64,000 nucleotides of DNA from a virus, in IMG/VR virus record IMGVR_UViG_3300045049_000125, positions 9,840-73,839 of that record. One strand, given 5' to 3'. Below the pieces are notes generated by a model. That model worked only from the letters and a program-made list of their open reading frames with translations. It ran no database searches and was not told where the DNA came from. Below, piece after piece: positions 44,356-54,664 of the stretch (position 1 is the first letter of the stretch; every line of letters starts with the position of its first letter). A program made the translations under genes and the position numbers.

Positions 44356-46143
44356 TTAGAACGGAATGTCTTCTTCCTGGAAAGAAAGCGCTATCTCAGG
44401 GTTTTGGTACACCTGCGCCTCTTCCGTTCCGAATGCCGTTCCGTCCATGCACCAATCGAGAATGTCCGGATATTTCTTATTGACCCACACTCGAATATGC
44501 GTTGTGGTTGGAAAAAAATCAGACTCTTCAATGACTTGCTCGGACGTTGCCGGAATCGATCCCGTAGGGAATCGCTTGCGGAACCATTTGTGTGCTTTGA
44601 ATTTGGCATAGCCGTCATGTTCAAAACACAGATATTCGTGAAACACTCGAATACCGCACGTATAAGACACGTGCACCATATCGGGCTTACCGGCTTTTTG
44701 GTGGAGCTGGTAAGACGTGTAATCCACGCGGAAGATTTCAACCTGAGGCGTACCGTCCTCGCTCTCTTTGATGAGGGCATCAGAGCTGGCCCGCTTGGTG
44801 ATTTTTTCTTTGATCGGTGGCGCTGGGCACTGGCAATGCGGACAGACACGCAACGAAGCGTGATACATCGTTCGGCAACCCGTATGTTCAATGACGCCGG
44901 GCATCCATACGGCCACCGCCGCACCCGTCTGCGGGTCTTCCAGCCATGTGGCGCATTCGCGCACGGGCGCCTCACCTCCACCTTTCTGGCCTTTCTTGCG
45001 CGGGATCACGGGATCGTTGATACAGCCCAGGCGCTTGGTGTTGCCCGCGAAATCGCCCACAAGGCAATCGCGATGCAGGACGTCGGCAGGCTTCGGGCGC
45101 GTGCCACGGCCAAGCATCTGGACCCACAGGACTGCGGACTTGGTGGCACGCAGCATCATGATGTAGTCCACGCTTGGCACGTCATAGCCAGTGGTCAACA
45201 CACCCATGTTGCAGAGCGCGCGGGCTTGTCCGCTTTCAAACAGATTCTTTGCGCCGTTGTTCGTGGCAGGGTCCATGGAATCCGGATCACCGGCCGGCTT
45301 TTTACTGTGGACGCACACCGCTGGCACGCCATAGCTATTGAGCCATTGCGTGACGTCCTCCACATGCTTCACGCCCGTGCAAAACACCAACCAGTGATTG
45401 CGGTCTGCCGCCGCGTCAAGGCTTTCCTCAATGGCAGCGCGCGTGATTTCCTCGCGATTCGTGACTTTTTCCAGCTCGTCTAGCTGGAAGTCGCCGGCCG
45501 TTGTGGCAACGTCGGACGTATCGATTTGCAGATTAGTGCGCAGTGGACGCAGTGTCGCAAGCCAATCATTCGCAATGAATTCGTGGAAATCTTCAATGCC
45601 GATTTTAGAATAGCAACGATGCGTAAATAGTGCATCGCCATCATCAATATTGCCCAAGCCCTGGCGCCACGGGGTGGCAGTCAGGCCAATCACTTTCATT
45701 TTCGGGTTGGCTTTCCACAGCCCCTCGATACACCGGCGATAGCGCGTCTTTGCCTTCCAGTCCACCATGTGGGCCTCGTCAATCAGCATGATTGAGCGCT
45801 TGCCGAATAGGTGCGGCTTCTTGGCTACGGAGTCGATGCCAGCCCACAGAATGGGCGCGTCCACTTCGCGGCGATTCAATCCGGCGTGGTAGATGCCGAG
45901 CGGAGCTTGCGGCCAGATGGATAGCAGCTTGTTGGAATTCTGTTGAACCAGAGTTTCAGAATGTGTTGCACAGAAAATGTGCGAATTTGGGAACATGTCC
46001 ATATAGCGATGGACGATGCCGCCCAGCACGATGGATTTGCCCGTACCTGTGGGTAGACAGATGGTCGGATGACCCTTATTTCCGGCGCGATAGTAATCAA
46101 AGGGGGCCTGGATGGCCTCAACCTGATAAGGGCGGAGTTGCAT
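44356..46143 (-). CDS. SF2 DNA helicase (RadD/YejH-like) with Zn finger
   Basis: LRPYQ, PTGTGKS, DEAH, LTATP, LTTGYD, QMLGRGTR; acidic DIPF tail. Confidence 0.93.
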   Translation of the reverse strand: MQLRPYQVEAIQAPFDYYRAGNKGHPTICLPTGTGKSIVLGGIVHRYMDMFPNSHIFCATHSETLVQQNSNKLLSIWPQAPLGIYHAGLNRREVDAPILWAGIDSVAKKPHLFGKRSIMLIDEAHMVDWKAKTRYRRCIEGLWKANPKMKVIGLTATPWRQGLGNIDDGDALFTHRCYSKIGIEDFHEFIANDWLATLRPLRTNLQIDTSDVATTAGDFQLDELEKVTNREEITRAAIEESLDAAADRNHWLVFCTGVKHVEDVTQWLNSYGVPAVCVHSKKPAGDPDSMDPATNNGAKNLFESGQARALCNMGVLTTGYDVPSVDYIMMLRATKSAVLWVQMLGRGTRPKPADVLHRDCLVGDFAGNTKRLGCINDPVIPRKKGQKGGGEAPVRECATWLEDPQTGAAVAVWMPGVIEHTGCRTMYHASLRVCPHCQCPAPPIKEKITKRASSDALIKESEDGTPQVEIFRVDYTSYQLHQKAGKPDMVHVSYTCGIRVFHEYLCFEHDGYAKFKAHKWFRKRFPTGSIPATSEQVIEESDFFPTTTHIRVWVNKKYPDILDWCMDGTAFGTEEAQVYQNPEIALSFQEEDIPF

Positions 46144-46162
46144 GATTCACCCAAAGAAAAAG

Positions 46163-46198
46163 GCCCGCTAGTGTATAGCGGGCGCTTTACGGTCACAA
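46163..46198 (-). promoter_or_regulatory. Hairpin with -10 in loop; -35 overlapping upstream stop
   Basis: TTGTGA-17-TACACT; stem GCCCGCTA/TAGCGGGC plus U-tract. Confidence 0.55.
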
Positions 46199-47152
46199 GT
46201 CAGGAATGACGCTATGGCCGTCGCATCCGGCCATCTGAGCAGTCTTGTTCAACGTGAAATCGAACTTGTCACACAACCATTGCGGCTCACCGTCCGCACC
46301 GAGAACCGTATCAGGGCGAGACCATTGGCATGTGCGGCAATTGCGTTCCACTTCACGAAGCTGACCGCGAATCGGCAAGCACAGCTTTTTAAAACTACAC
46401 CACTTGCAGGTCAGCTTTCCCAATCCGGCTCCGCGAATGCGCATAGGTGGCTTCGGCGAATGCACGACGACATGCGCGCGGTCCATGTACTGCAAAGCCG
46501 TCTCGCGGTTGTATTCCACGATTTCCGCATACAGATCGTCATCGTTCTTGTTGACGGCGAAGAACAGGCAGTATCGGAGACCGAATTTGTGCATGTAGAT
46601 TTGCATCTGGACATAGTAGGTCTCGTCACTCATCCGCACGCCGTTCAAAACCAGCTCTTTGAATCGCTTCTCGTTGTAGGTTTTGTATTCATTGAGCCAG
46701 GGCTCGCCCGGCATGGCGTCTGGCAGGTTGTGGACAATGCCGTCCATGGAACCCGCGAAATGTCCATCTGAGGACTGGAAACGGAGCTGTTTCCCGTTGC
46801 GTTGCTGTTCGACTTTGCAGCCAATCATCAGAAGCATGGCTATAAACCGTGCTTCTTCAAGATGACCACGATTCCACAGACGAAGCATACGCGCCCGCTT
46901 CTTCATCTCCGTGATTTCATCGTCTGCCAGCGCAATCGGGTCTTCGCCTACCCATCGAAACGCATACCAGATGGAGCGAGCACATTCCTTGCCAATTTGG
47001 GAGGCACCGAGATGCTGTCGTTTACCTTCATCCTCGCCACGATATGCATCGGTCATGTGGGGCAGCACCTTGCCCAGCCAATAGCGGAATTTGGCACCTC
47101 CATCCGCGTTGATCGCGTCCGTAATGGCCTGCAACGTGCGCTTAGCTTGCAT
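46193..47152 (-). CDS. Cas4-like PD-(D/E)xK exonuclease
   Basis: LGASQIG.EC.R..WY, GSMDG, EYKT, Y..QMQ.YM, CKWC...C. Confidence 0.85.
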   Translation of the reverse strand: MQAKRTLQAITDAINADGGAKFRYWLGKVLPHMTDAYRGEDEGKRQHLGASQIGKECARSIWYAFRWVGEDPIALADDEITEMKKRARMLRLWNRGHLEEARFIAMLLMIGCKVEQQRNGKQLRFQSSDGHFAGSMDGIVHNLPDAMPGEPWLNEYKTYNEKRFKELVLNGVRMSDETYYVQMQIYMHKFGLRYCLFFAVNKNDDDLYAEIVEYNRETALQYMDRAHVVVHSPKPPMRIRGAGLGKLTCKWCSFKKLCLPIRGQLREVERNCRTCQWSRPDTVLGADGEPQWLCDKFDFTLNKTAQMAGCDGHSVIPDL

Positions 47153-47807
47153 TGACAAGTTCCTCGGGATGCTCAGAAAAATGGGCTTTTAAATCGTTCA
47201 TGAAATAACCATGGATATTCCACACATACCACTTTTCTTCCTTCCCTCGTGCGTTTATTTCCGTGTAGAGCTGCGCCGCATCGTCCACGCCTTCACCTGG
47301 GACAAGCATGCCGTCCTCCATGCGAGCAACGCCCCACAAAAGCATCAGGTCTCGCACACGCTTCGGACTCGCGCCCAATATCTGCGCGATGTTGTAAAGC
47401 GACGTATAGCCTTCCGGATATTCGCGTTTTGGATGCTGTCCCGGTAGCGCATCCTTCGGCGCTTCCATGTTCTTTTTTACGATGGGTCGAAGAATTTCAA
47501 CCATGGAAGGATGCAGGATCATCCAAGACTTCGATGTCCCTGTATGAGGATTGAAATCCTCATACATCTTAACCAACCCTTCCGCCTTACTTGTCAATTC
47601 GCCATTGGTGAGCGAATAGCGACCAGTAACCAACGCCTTTTGAACTTGGACCCATGCACCGAATCCTGTGAGACCCAGCGCCTTGGCTACTTGCGCACGA
47701 CTCATAAAACCGTCTTCGTAGGTGCGTGCGTCACCACGTGAACGCTTTGGTTTCGGCCCCATTTCCTTTGCTCGCTTGACATAAAACTCTCGATCACTGC
47801 GTTTCAT
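47142..47807 (-). CDS. DNA-binding protein with two wHTH-like repeats
   Basis: SRAQVAKALGLT and SLYNIAQILGASPKRV; first gene of the leftward arm. Confidence 0.55.
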   Translation of the reverse strand: MKRSDREFYVKRAKEMGPKPKRSRGDARTYEDGFMSRAQVAKALGLTGFGAWVQVQKALVTGRYSLTNGELTSKAEGLVKMYEDFNPHTGTSKSWMILHPSMVEILRPIVKKNMEAPKDALPGQHPKREYPEGYTSLYNIAQILGASPKRVRDLMLLWGVARMEDGMLVPGEGVDDAAQLYTEINARGKEEKWYVWNIHGYFMNDLKAHFSEHPEELVNAS

Positions 47808-47834
47808 TGATGCCTCGGTTTGTTGCGTTGTGTA

Positions 47835-47887
47835 GTTGCCTATACAGCGTTGCCTATAAAGGGCACTGATGCAAGTTGCCTATACAG
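47835..47887. repeat. Three 13-bp direct repeats GTTGCCTATA(C/A)AG
   Basis: Copies at 47835, 47849 and 47875 in the divergent intergenic region. Confidence 0.85.
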
Positions 47888-47900
47888 TGACCGAAAAATT

Positions 47901-47930
47901 TTGACTACTTGATACGAAGTATGGTAAGCT
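47901..47930 (+). promoter_or_regulatory. Candidate promoter for the structural operon
   Basis: TTGACT-18-TAAGCT with TG extension. Confidence 0.5.
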
Positions 47931-48123
47931 CAAATGGATGAGAAGCCCTCCGGGGCTGCGGGCGGAGCCGCCATCACATCAATGAGCGCATACCTCTATC
48001 AGTAGTCAACCCGCCGTTTCGTTGATGTTTGAAACAAGCCAAACGTACAGCATCTGCTTTACGCTAACTTGTTGATTTCATACGGTACGTGTACCCTTGC
48101 GCGCGTCATGACGAGGGTACCCA

Positions 48124-50607
48124 ATGAACCTCTTTTCTCGCCTCTTCCGAAAGCGCCCGATTGCCAAGGCAGTCGAAGCGTCTAAAATCGTTCCTCGAAC
48201 AGCGGCCGATCTTGGTCCTGTGGAAATCACTCCGCCCGACTTCGCGGGCCTGCCGAAAAATCCGCTTGATGGACTTCCCACCATCAATGATTTTCCCACC
48301 GTAGAAAAGTTCGCCGAATCTAAAACCGTCCAGACCAAGGATGGAAAAGTTTTTGTTGGCGACGCGGCATCGCATCCGGTCATTACGCAGGACGGAACCT
48401 ATCAGGGATCGGGAACGCCATCCGTGAATGTGGCGTGGAGCGCGTACACGGTGCCGGAGGCTGTGGGCAACTGGTACAACGCGCAATCATTCATCGGCTA
48501 TCAAACCTGCGGTTTGATGCAACAGCATTGGCTTGTGGACAAGGCATGCCGTATGCCGGGCGAAGACGCCACGCGCAACGGTTATGAATTGTCGGTGATG
48601 AACGACGATGATCCGAATTTTGAAGGTCTTGGCGTGGACATCGAAACGTTTATTGCCCGCGTTCGCGAACTGGACAAGGATTATAAAATCGCTGAACACA
48701 TGCGTGAGATGTGGCGCTTCACGCAAGTGTTCGGTATTCGCGTGTGCATCTTCCAGGTGGAGAGTCAAGACCCTGATTATTACGCCAAGCCGTTTAATAT
48801 TGATGGCGTTACGAAGGGCTCGTATAAGGGAATCAAGCAGGTTGATCCCTATTGGATGATGCCGGTCTTTGGCGAAGGGTTCAGCGACCCAACCAGCCAA
48901 AATTTCTACGTTCCAGAATATTGGACTATTGGCGGAAAGAAATACCACAAGTCGCATTTGGTTATCGGCAAGGGGCCGGAACCAATGGACATTTTGAAGC
49001 CAATGTACATCTTTGGTGGCATTCCTCTGACGCAGCGCATTTATGAGCGCGTCTATAACGCAGAGCGCACAGCGAACGAAGGGCCATTGCTGGCTACATC
49101 GAAGCGTCAAACCGTACTGCACACGGATTTGATGGCAGCGGAAGCGCATCCGCAACGATTCTTGAATCGCATCATGAAATGGGTCTCTCACCGAGACAAT
49201 TTCGGCGTCAAGACGGTTGGTCTTGAGGATGCGGTTGAACAATTTGACACCTCGTTGGCTGATCTTGATTCGGTCATCATGAATCAATATCAGCTCGTGG
49301 CCGCTATCGCCGAAGTTCCGGCAACCAAGTTGCTGGGCACTTCTCCGAAAGGATTTCAATCCAACGGTTCGGGTGAAGAAAAGAACTACCATGAAAAGCT
49401 CGAATCTGTGCAAGCGTTCTTGACGCCACTGCTGCAACGCCACCATCAGCTCGTGGTCAAGAGCGAATATGGTGTGGACATCCAGCTTGAGGCGGTGTGG
49501 AACCGTACCGATTCGTTCACGGCGGCGGAGCTGGCCGATCTTAATTTGAAGAAGGCCCAAACGGGCGAAATTCTGCTCAACCTTGGTGCGACATCGCCGG
49601 ATGATGAGCGCAACCGTGTCAAGAATGATCCTCTCTCCGGTTACAACCACTTGGGCGACGAGGAAGCCTCAAGCGACATGGGTGCATCGCCGGAGAACGA
49701 AGCGAAATTGCAGACGGCAGAATCGAAGGAACAAACCGCGCAAGCAAAGGAAACGGAAGTGGGAGCGCCTTCCGATGCAATCGCTATGAAACCAGACCTT
49801 GATCGTCTGGCGGCATCGCTACAGCCACATATGGAAAACGACGATCTTGATGCAGGTCTCATGGATCGACTGCGCCAATTTCATGCGATGGTCACGGGAA
49901 GTGGGGCGGACAATTTGGATTGCGAAGACATCCGCCCCATTCTCGAAGCGCTGGCAAAGATGCTCAACGCTCCGTCTATTATGGATGCTATTACCGTTAA
50001 GCGTCGCGCCATGGAGCCCACCGTTACACGCTCGGTTCTGCCCAGCGTGAATCCTGCCATGCGTACCGAAGTCAACACGGGCGCACGCACATTGCTCGGA
50101 GATGCGGCAGTGGCAGGACGTGGCTACAGCGAGACCGGTTTGCCTGATTCAGGCATGGGTGCGAAGTACAGCCATCGCAATATGCCAAAGGTGAAAATGG
50201 GTCGTATGACCATTTCCATTGAAAATCGAAAAGGCACTGTGCGCTCGGGTGAGACATTGGAAGGAAAGGCATGGTCCACCCTAATGCCGCACCATTATGG
50301 TTACATCAACGGTGTGGAAGGCGCCGATGGCGATGAACTAGATGCTTTCGTTGGTCCGAACACAAAGAGCCGTCTTGTTGTAGTTATTAATCAGGTTGAG
50401 CCGACAAATCGCGAATTTGACGAACATAAAGTGATGTTCGGTTTTAATAGCGAAGAGGAAGCCCTTGAAGCGTACGCAATGAGTTATCAGAAGGATTGGG
50501 ACGGCTACGATTCGCATGTAGTATTCCAGGACTTGGAATCTTTCCGAGAATGGATGCGAAGCGCTGATCTTTCGGCGCCTTGCTCCGATTATCGAACGTT
50601 TGAATAA
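48124..50607 (+). CDS. Portal protein (DUF1073-like) fused to C-terminal InPase-like domain
   Basis: FIGYQ.C....QHWLV.KAC..P..DA.RNG, IA.VP.TKLLG.SP.G; tail IENRKG..RSG, YGYI....GADGD.LD.FVG, FDEHKVMFGF. Confidence 0.88.
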   Translation: MNLFSRLFRKRPIAKAVEASKIVPRTAADLGPVEITPPDFAGLPKNPLDGLPTINDFPTVEKFAESKTVQTKDGKVFVGDAASHPVITQDGTYQGSGTPSVNVAWSAYTVPEAVGNWYNAQSFIGYQTCGLMQQHWLVDKACRMPGEDATRNGYELSVMNDDDPNFEGLGVDIETFIARVRELDKDYKIAEHMREMWRFTQVFGIRVCIFQVESQDPDYYAKPFNIDGVTKGSYKGIKQVDPYWMMPVFGEGFSDPTSQNFYVPEYWTIGGKKYHKSHLVIGKGPEPMDILKPMYIFGGIPLTQRIYERVYNAERTANEGPLLATSKRQTVLHTDLMAAEAHPQRFLNRIMKWVSHRDNFGVKTVGLEDAVEQFDTSLADLDSVIMNQYQLVAAIAEVPATKLLGTSPKGFQSNGSGEEKNYHEKLESVQAFLTPLLQRHHQLVVKSEYGVDIQLEAVWNRTDSFTAAELADLNLKKAQTGEILLNLGATSPDDERNRVKNDPLSGYNHLGDEEASSDMGASPENEAKLQTAESKEQTAQAKETEVGAPSDAIAMKPDLDRLAASLQPHMENDDLDAGLMDRLRQFHAMVTGSGADNLDCEDIRPILEALAKMLNAPSIMDAITVKRRAMEPTVTRSVLPSVNPAMRTEVNTGARTLLGDAAVAGRGYSETGLPDSGMGAKYSHRNMPKVKMGRMTISIENRKGTVRSGETLEGKAWSTLMPHHYGYINGVEGADGDELDAFVGPNTKSRLVVVINQVEPTNREFDEHKVMFGFNSEEEALEAYAMSYQKDWDGYDSHVVFQDLESFREWMRSADLSAPCSDYRTFE

Positions 50608-50622
50608 TCAAGAGGGTTTGAA

Positions 50623-50925
50623 ATGACTGACGAAACACAATCTCCCGTTGATATCGCTGTGCCTCAACCCGTGGAAGACGTGAAGTCCGAAACACTTTTG
50701 GAAAAGCTGGAAGACGCAGCCCAAAAAGTTGAGGAAAAGATTGAAACCGTTATTGAAGGTGTAACGGAAAAGGTCAAGGGAAGTTCCAAGCGTAAGTCAA
50801 CGGCTTCGCCTACCGCGCAGGAAAGCGCATCTCCCGATCCTTCGCCGGAAAGCTCTCCGGAGGAATTGACTCCCGAGACCATTTCTTCGATTCTTCCTGA
50901 TTATCTGCGTCCGCATGGCTTTTAA
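50623..50925 (+). CDS. Small acidic low-complexity protein
   Basis: GAGG RBS, packed. Confidence 0.6.
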   Translation: MTDETQSPVDIAVPQPVEDVKSETLLEKLEDAAQKVEEKIETVIEGVTEKVKGSSKRKSTASPTAQESASPDPSPESSPEELTPETISSILPDYLRPHGF

Positions 50926-51781
50926 AGCATCCAAAGAACGCAAGCGAAAAGCTCGCGAACCTATCGCTCAGGGGACGCAGTTGATTGCGTCCGCTGCGAT
51001 TTCGGATGCTTACGGATCAGATTTAAAAGCTTTGATAGACCGTATGGTAAAGGACTACCATGCGGAGCTATCAGCCGCCATGCAAGCCCCGTCTGCGGAG
51101 GGTGTTCTTACGGAGGACGCCAGTGTTACCGGTCTCATGAAGCGCACTTTGCAGCGTCTTGACCGCAAGTGGCGCGGCATCTTCGCACCGTATGCAAAAC
51201 GAGCCGCCGAGGCATTTGTGGCTAAAACTGACAAGTATAGTCAGTTCAGCGCAAAACACAGTTTGAAGTCACTTGGCATCGATCAGCCAAAAGATGTCAA
51301 GACGCAGGAAATCAAAAACAGCCTGCAATCCGCGATTGAGCAGAACGTTTCCCTCATCACGAACATTCAAGAGAAGTTCGCGACCGAAATTGAGGGTGTG
51401 GTTTATCGATCCATCGCGAGCAGCAATCCGGAAGAGCTGGGCGCTGACAAAATCATGGACTTCCTGAAAGACCGGGAAGGCATGACGAAGCGTCGTGCGC
51501 AATTCATCGCGGAAGACCAAACCTCCAAACTCTATACGGCATTGAATAAATCTCGTATGGAGCAAAACGGTGTTTCTAAATTCAAATGGAAACATTCGTC
51601 TGCTTCATTGCATCCTCGTCAGACCCACATTGATCGTCAATATCAGGACGTGGGTTATGGACCGGGGATTTTCCGTCTGGATTCGCCGGAATTGTGGGAA
51701 GGTCCGGAGCAGGACCAAGGTTTGCCCGGCGAAGCGATCCATTGTCGATGCCGAATGATTCCCATTGTGGACCTGGATTAA
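50915..51781 (+). CDS. MuF / SPP1 gp7-like head morphogenesis protein
   Basis: RAQFIA.DQT.K, F.W.HS, PR..H, PGEAIHCRC...P. Confidence 0.9.
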   Translation: MAFKASKERKRKAREPIAQGTQLIASAAISDAYGSDLKALIDRMVKDYHAELSAAMQAPSAEGVLTEDASVTGLMKRTLQRLDRKWRGIFAPYAKRAAEAFVAKTDKYSQFSAKHSLKSLGIDQPKDVKTQEIKNSLQSAIEQNVSLITNIQEKFATEIEGVVYRSIASSNPEELGADKIMDFLKDREGMTKRRAQFIAEDQTSKLYTALNKSRMEQNGVSKFKWKHSSASLHPRQTHIDRQYQDVGYGPGIFRLDSPELWEGPEQDQGLPGEAIHCRCRMIPIVDLD

Positions 51782-51858
51782 GGCAGCATTTAACCAATGT
51801 TGCCGTACTACGCAGCCTTGCGCATTAACATACTCGCTATCTAATCAGGAGCTTTCCA

Positions 51859-53010
51859 ATGAACGGCCAATTTATTAGTTCTGAGCGCATTGTAACAAGC
51901 TCCGGTTATTTGCTTTTGAACGCAGATAATCTCGTGCTTAATAATTCGGGAACCGCATTGACGATTCCATCCAATGCGCGGACGGGCGATTATCTTCGCG
52001 TCATTAACACAAGCGCATCCACAGTGGATGCCTCGTGTGAAAATTCGGCATACGGTTTGATTGTCAATGGAAGTTTTGAAACTTCTGTGAGTCTTCCTCC
52101 GGGTTCGAGTTTCTATGGAGTTTTTGATTACGATCAAAACGTCAATGCGCATTTCTTCTATATCACCACGGACGCAGGTGCGGCTCCCACTCTTCCGATT
52201 GCCACAGCAACGACGACAGGCGTCGTCATGATCCCCACAGACGGTGGGCTGACTGTGGCCGGTGACGGTTCAGTGGTTCTGAATGCGGCACATACGAATG
52301 CCATTGGTGGCGTAAAGGTTGCGGTCAATAGCGGTCTGACCCTGGATAGCAACACGGGTGCCCTTTCGTTCAACGCAGGCACCAATCTCACCGTTGACGC
52401 CAATACGGGTGCGGTTTCGGTTGGCCCCGCATCGGCGGTGGCGCTGGGAGGCGTTCTTGTTACAGCGACATCGGGCCTCACAAATGTCGGCGGAGCCATT
52501 TCGGTGGCACCTGCGCAGGTCGCGCAAGTCGGTGGCGTCAAAGTTCCAGCGGCTAGCGGTCTGACTGTGGATGGGGCGGGAACGCTTGGCGTGAATCTCG
52601 GAAGTGGTATGGCAATTGTGAGTAACAAACTCACAAGTACCCGATTCTTTACAAGCAAGCCTTATGTACCAAGCGCTCCGTATGCTGCGGGGGACATCAT
52701 TTTCTATGAATATCTGCCTGCCGCATTGACTATTCCGGCGGGAGCGACGGGAAGCAAGTTTGCTTTCATCCTTCCTACAGGATCGCCCACAACCGCGATT
52801 AGCTCGGTGAACATCATGAAGAACGGCGTAAGCGTTGGGTCCATTAGCTTTCCCGTTACGGCCTCCACTGGCTCCCCTGTACTCGGAACTATTTCCGTTG
52901 CATCTGCTGTGTCTTTTGCTGCGGGTGATTCGCTGAGCTTGGTGGTAGCGGCAAATCCAGACGCAAACTTTACCGGTGTTTTTGGCACGTTCGTCGGAAC
53001 ATTTAGCTAA
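51859..53010 (+). CDS. Fibre-like virion protein with about 29-aa repeats
   Basis: Repeats of A....GGVKV...SGLT.D..G.L.V. Confidence 0.7.
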   Translation: MNGQFISSERIVTSSGYLLLNADNLVLNNSGTALTIPSNARTGDYLRVINTSASTVDASCENSAYGLIVNGSFETSVSLPPGSSFYGVFDYDQNVNAHFFYITTDAGAAPTLPIATATTTGVVMIPTDGGLTVAGDGSVVLNAAHTNAIGGVKVAVNSGLTLDSNTGALSFNAGTNLTVDANTGAVSVGPASAVALGGVLVTATSGLTNVGGAISVAPAQVAQVGGVKVPAASGLTVDGAGTLGVNLGSGMAIVSNKLTSTRFFTSKPYVPSAPYAAGDIIFYEYLPAALTIPAGATGSKFAFILPTGSPTTAISSVNIMKNGVSVGSISFPVTASTGSPVLGTISVASAVSFAAGDSLSLVVAANPDANFTGVFGTFVGTFS

Positions 53011-53020
53011 GGAGTTTAAA

Positions 53021-54655
53021 ATGAAACGATTGTATTTGTTTTTCATACTCATTGCCTTTTCGGTGTTCTTTTCACCGATTCACGGCAATGTGTTCGCTCA
53101 ACCGGTGAGTCCTTCGCAGCTATCCACTCTTCCACCGGATGGAAATCTGAGTTTCAATTACGCAAATCTGCCGGTGACATTTACGGGATTCGATTCGGAC
53201 ACGGTTTTGCAAACCGGATTTCCCTATCCGCATAATCAGTCTCTGAATCCTCAGTTTTATAGCAGCGGTCCTTACTTTTGGATTACCAACGGTGGCGATC
53301 CGACAAAGAAGCCAACGTTGTCTATCAAAATGCCAAATGGCATTTCCGCTTATGAGGGACAGACTGGAAACACAGTTTCTCAGGTTGATATCAAATGGGG
53401 AGAGACCGCCGTTTTGTTTCAGGACAACAGCGCCGGTTCTATCTACGGCGTAACTGTCACTTATTACTCCAATCCGGATAATCCACCCATTCCTGTTGCC
53501 AAAGAGAATTCCCTTGGCGGAGTGCTCGGCGGGACAGCGGGCGATGTTGTGGTTGACGGAACCGGTAAGATGACCATTCCAACAGCTCTTAAAACGACTG
53601 GTGGAACGATGACGTCCGGTCTCCTGGATATTCGCAAATCAACAACCACGTTCCCCGCGTGGATTCGCATATCGCAGGCGGTGGCTCAAAACGGTGTTAC
53701 AACATTCGGACCTACTGCCGAATATTTGCGATTGGGCGGAGGCGAATGGAACGTCAATTCTTATCGTCTCATTGGTTTTGGATACGCTCCCAACGCTACG
53801 GATAATCCTCCGGCATACGTCGGATTTCAAGAGACGAACAAGAGCGGTAACACGCAAGGCAATCTCCTTTTCGCGACTCGTGGCGCCACATCGAACACGC
53901 CACCCACTACTCGCCTGACTATTCTCGCTAACGGGGATATTCAAGCAGCAACAGGCTATAACCCGGTCAATGCTCTGTCGTTAACCACAAAGGGTTATGT
54001 GGACTCCATGCCGGGCATTGGTCCTACCAATGTGCTTAGTTCGGCTTCATGTGCTCCGACAACCATTGTCAATTTTGAATTTGACATTCTTTTCGGATGC
54101 ACGTCGATGACAATCCCTAAGATTTCGGATTTGAAAGCTAAAGGGGTTCGCGATGGAACCTTGTTCTATCTTCAAAGCCAAAAAGTTGCTTTGAAGACGA
54201 CAGTGACATTCCAGGACACGGTTTATACCGCAGGTCCAATTCAGCCAACTACCATTTATCCAGGCAACACCTGGATGTTTAAAATCAATGGTGACACGTG
54301 GCGCGCCATTCTGTTGTCAGATAGCTATGCAAGTTCCATATTCCCTATCAGTGCGAATACGACGCTTAGCGATATTCATGATGGAGACCTTTGGATAGCC
54401 ACGGGAACAAATTCGATCAACATCACCGTTCCAACCGCCGCCTCTCTTCAACCGGGCTGGCGTTTCTCTGTGAAATCCATGCTTCCCAATACTAAGGAAG
54501 CGTCCATGGGTTTCGCCGAAAACGTGATGGTGGCCGATCCGTCGAATGCCGCCGGAAGGACTGCCACAAAAACCATTATCGTTCAGCCCGCAACAATACG
54601 GTCTTTCATGTGGAACGGAACGGAGTGGTATGACATTTCTAATTCGAGTCCGTAA
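53021..54655 (+). CDS. Fibre/adhesin-like protein with signal-peptide-like N-terminus
   Basis: AAGGAG RBS; MKRLYLFFILIAFSVFF...VFA-QP; GGTMT.G, LTTKGYVD fibre motifs. Confidence 0.65.
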   Translation: MKRLYLFFILIAFSVFFSPIHGNVFAQPVSPSQLSTLPPDGNLSFNYANLPVTFTGFDSDTVLQTGFPYPHNQSLNPQFYSSGPYFWITNGGDPTKKPTLSIKMPNGISAYEGQTGNTVSQVDIKWGETAVLFQDNSAGSIYGVTVTYYSNPDNPPIPVAKENSLGGVLGGTAGDVVVDGTGKMTIPTALKTTGGTMTSGLLDIRKSTTTFPAWIRISQAVAQNGVTTFGPTAEYLRLGGGEWNVNSYRLIGFGYAPNATDNPPAYVGFQETNKSGNTQGNLLFATRGATSNTPPTTRLTILANGDIQAATGYNPVNALSLTTKGYVDSMPGIGPTNVLSSASCAPTTIVNFEFDILFGCTSMTIPKISDLKAKGVRDGTLFYLQSQKVALKTTVTFQDTVYTAGPIQPTTIYPGNTWMFKINGDTWRAILLSDSYASSIFPISANTTLSDIHDGDLWIATGTNSINITVPTAASLQPGWRFSVKSMLPNTKEASMGFAENVMVADPSNAAGRTATKTIIVQPATIRSFMWNGTEWYDISNSSP

Positions 54656-54664
54656 GGAGTGACC

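Noticed and set aside
46193-47152. CRISPR-Cas system
   Set aside because: Solo Cas4-like nuclease typical of phage recombination modules; no repeat-spacer array seen in the window
47835-47887. LexA boxes
   Set aside because: Repeats are direct and do not form CTGT-N8-ACAG
48124-49650. Anti-CBASS Acb1 label often attached to DUF1073 portals
   Set aside because: No paired HxT/HxS 2H-phosphodiesterase domain is evident; this part is the portal
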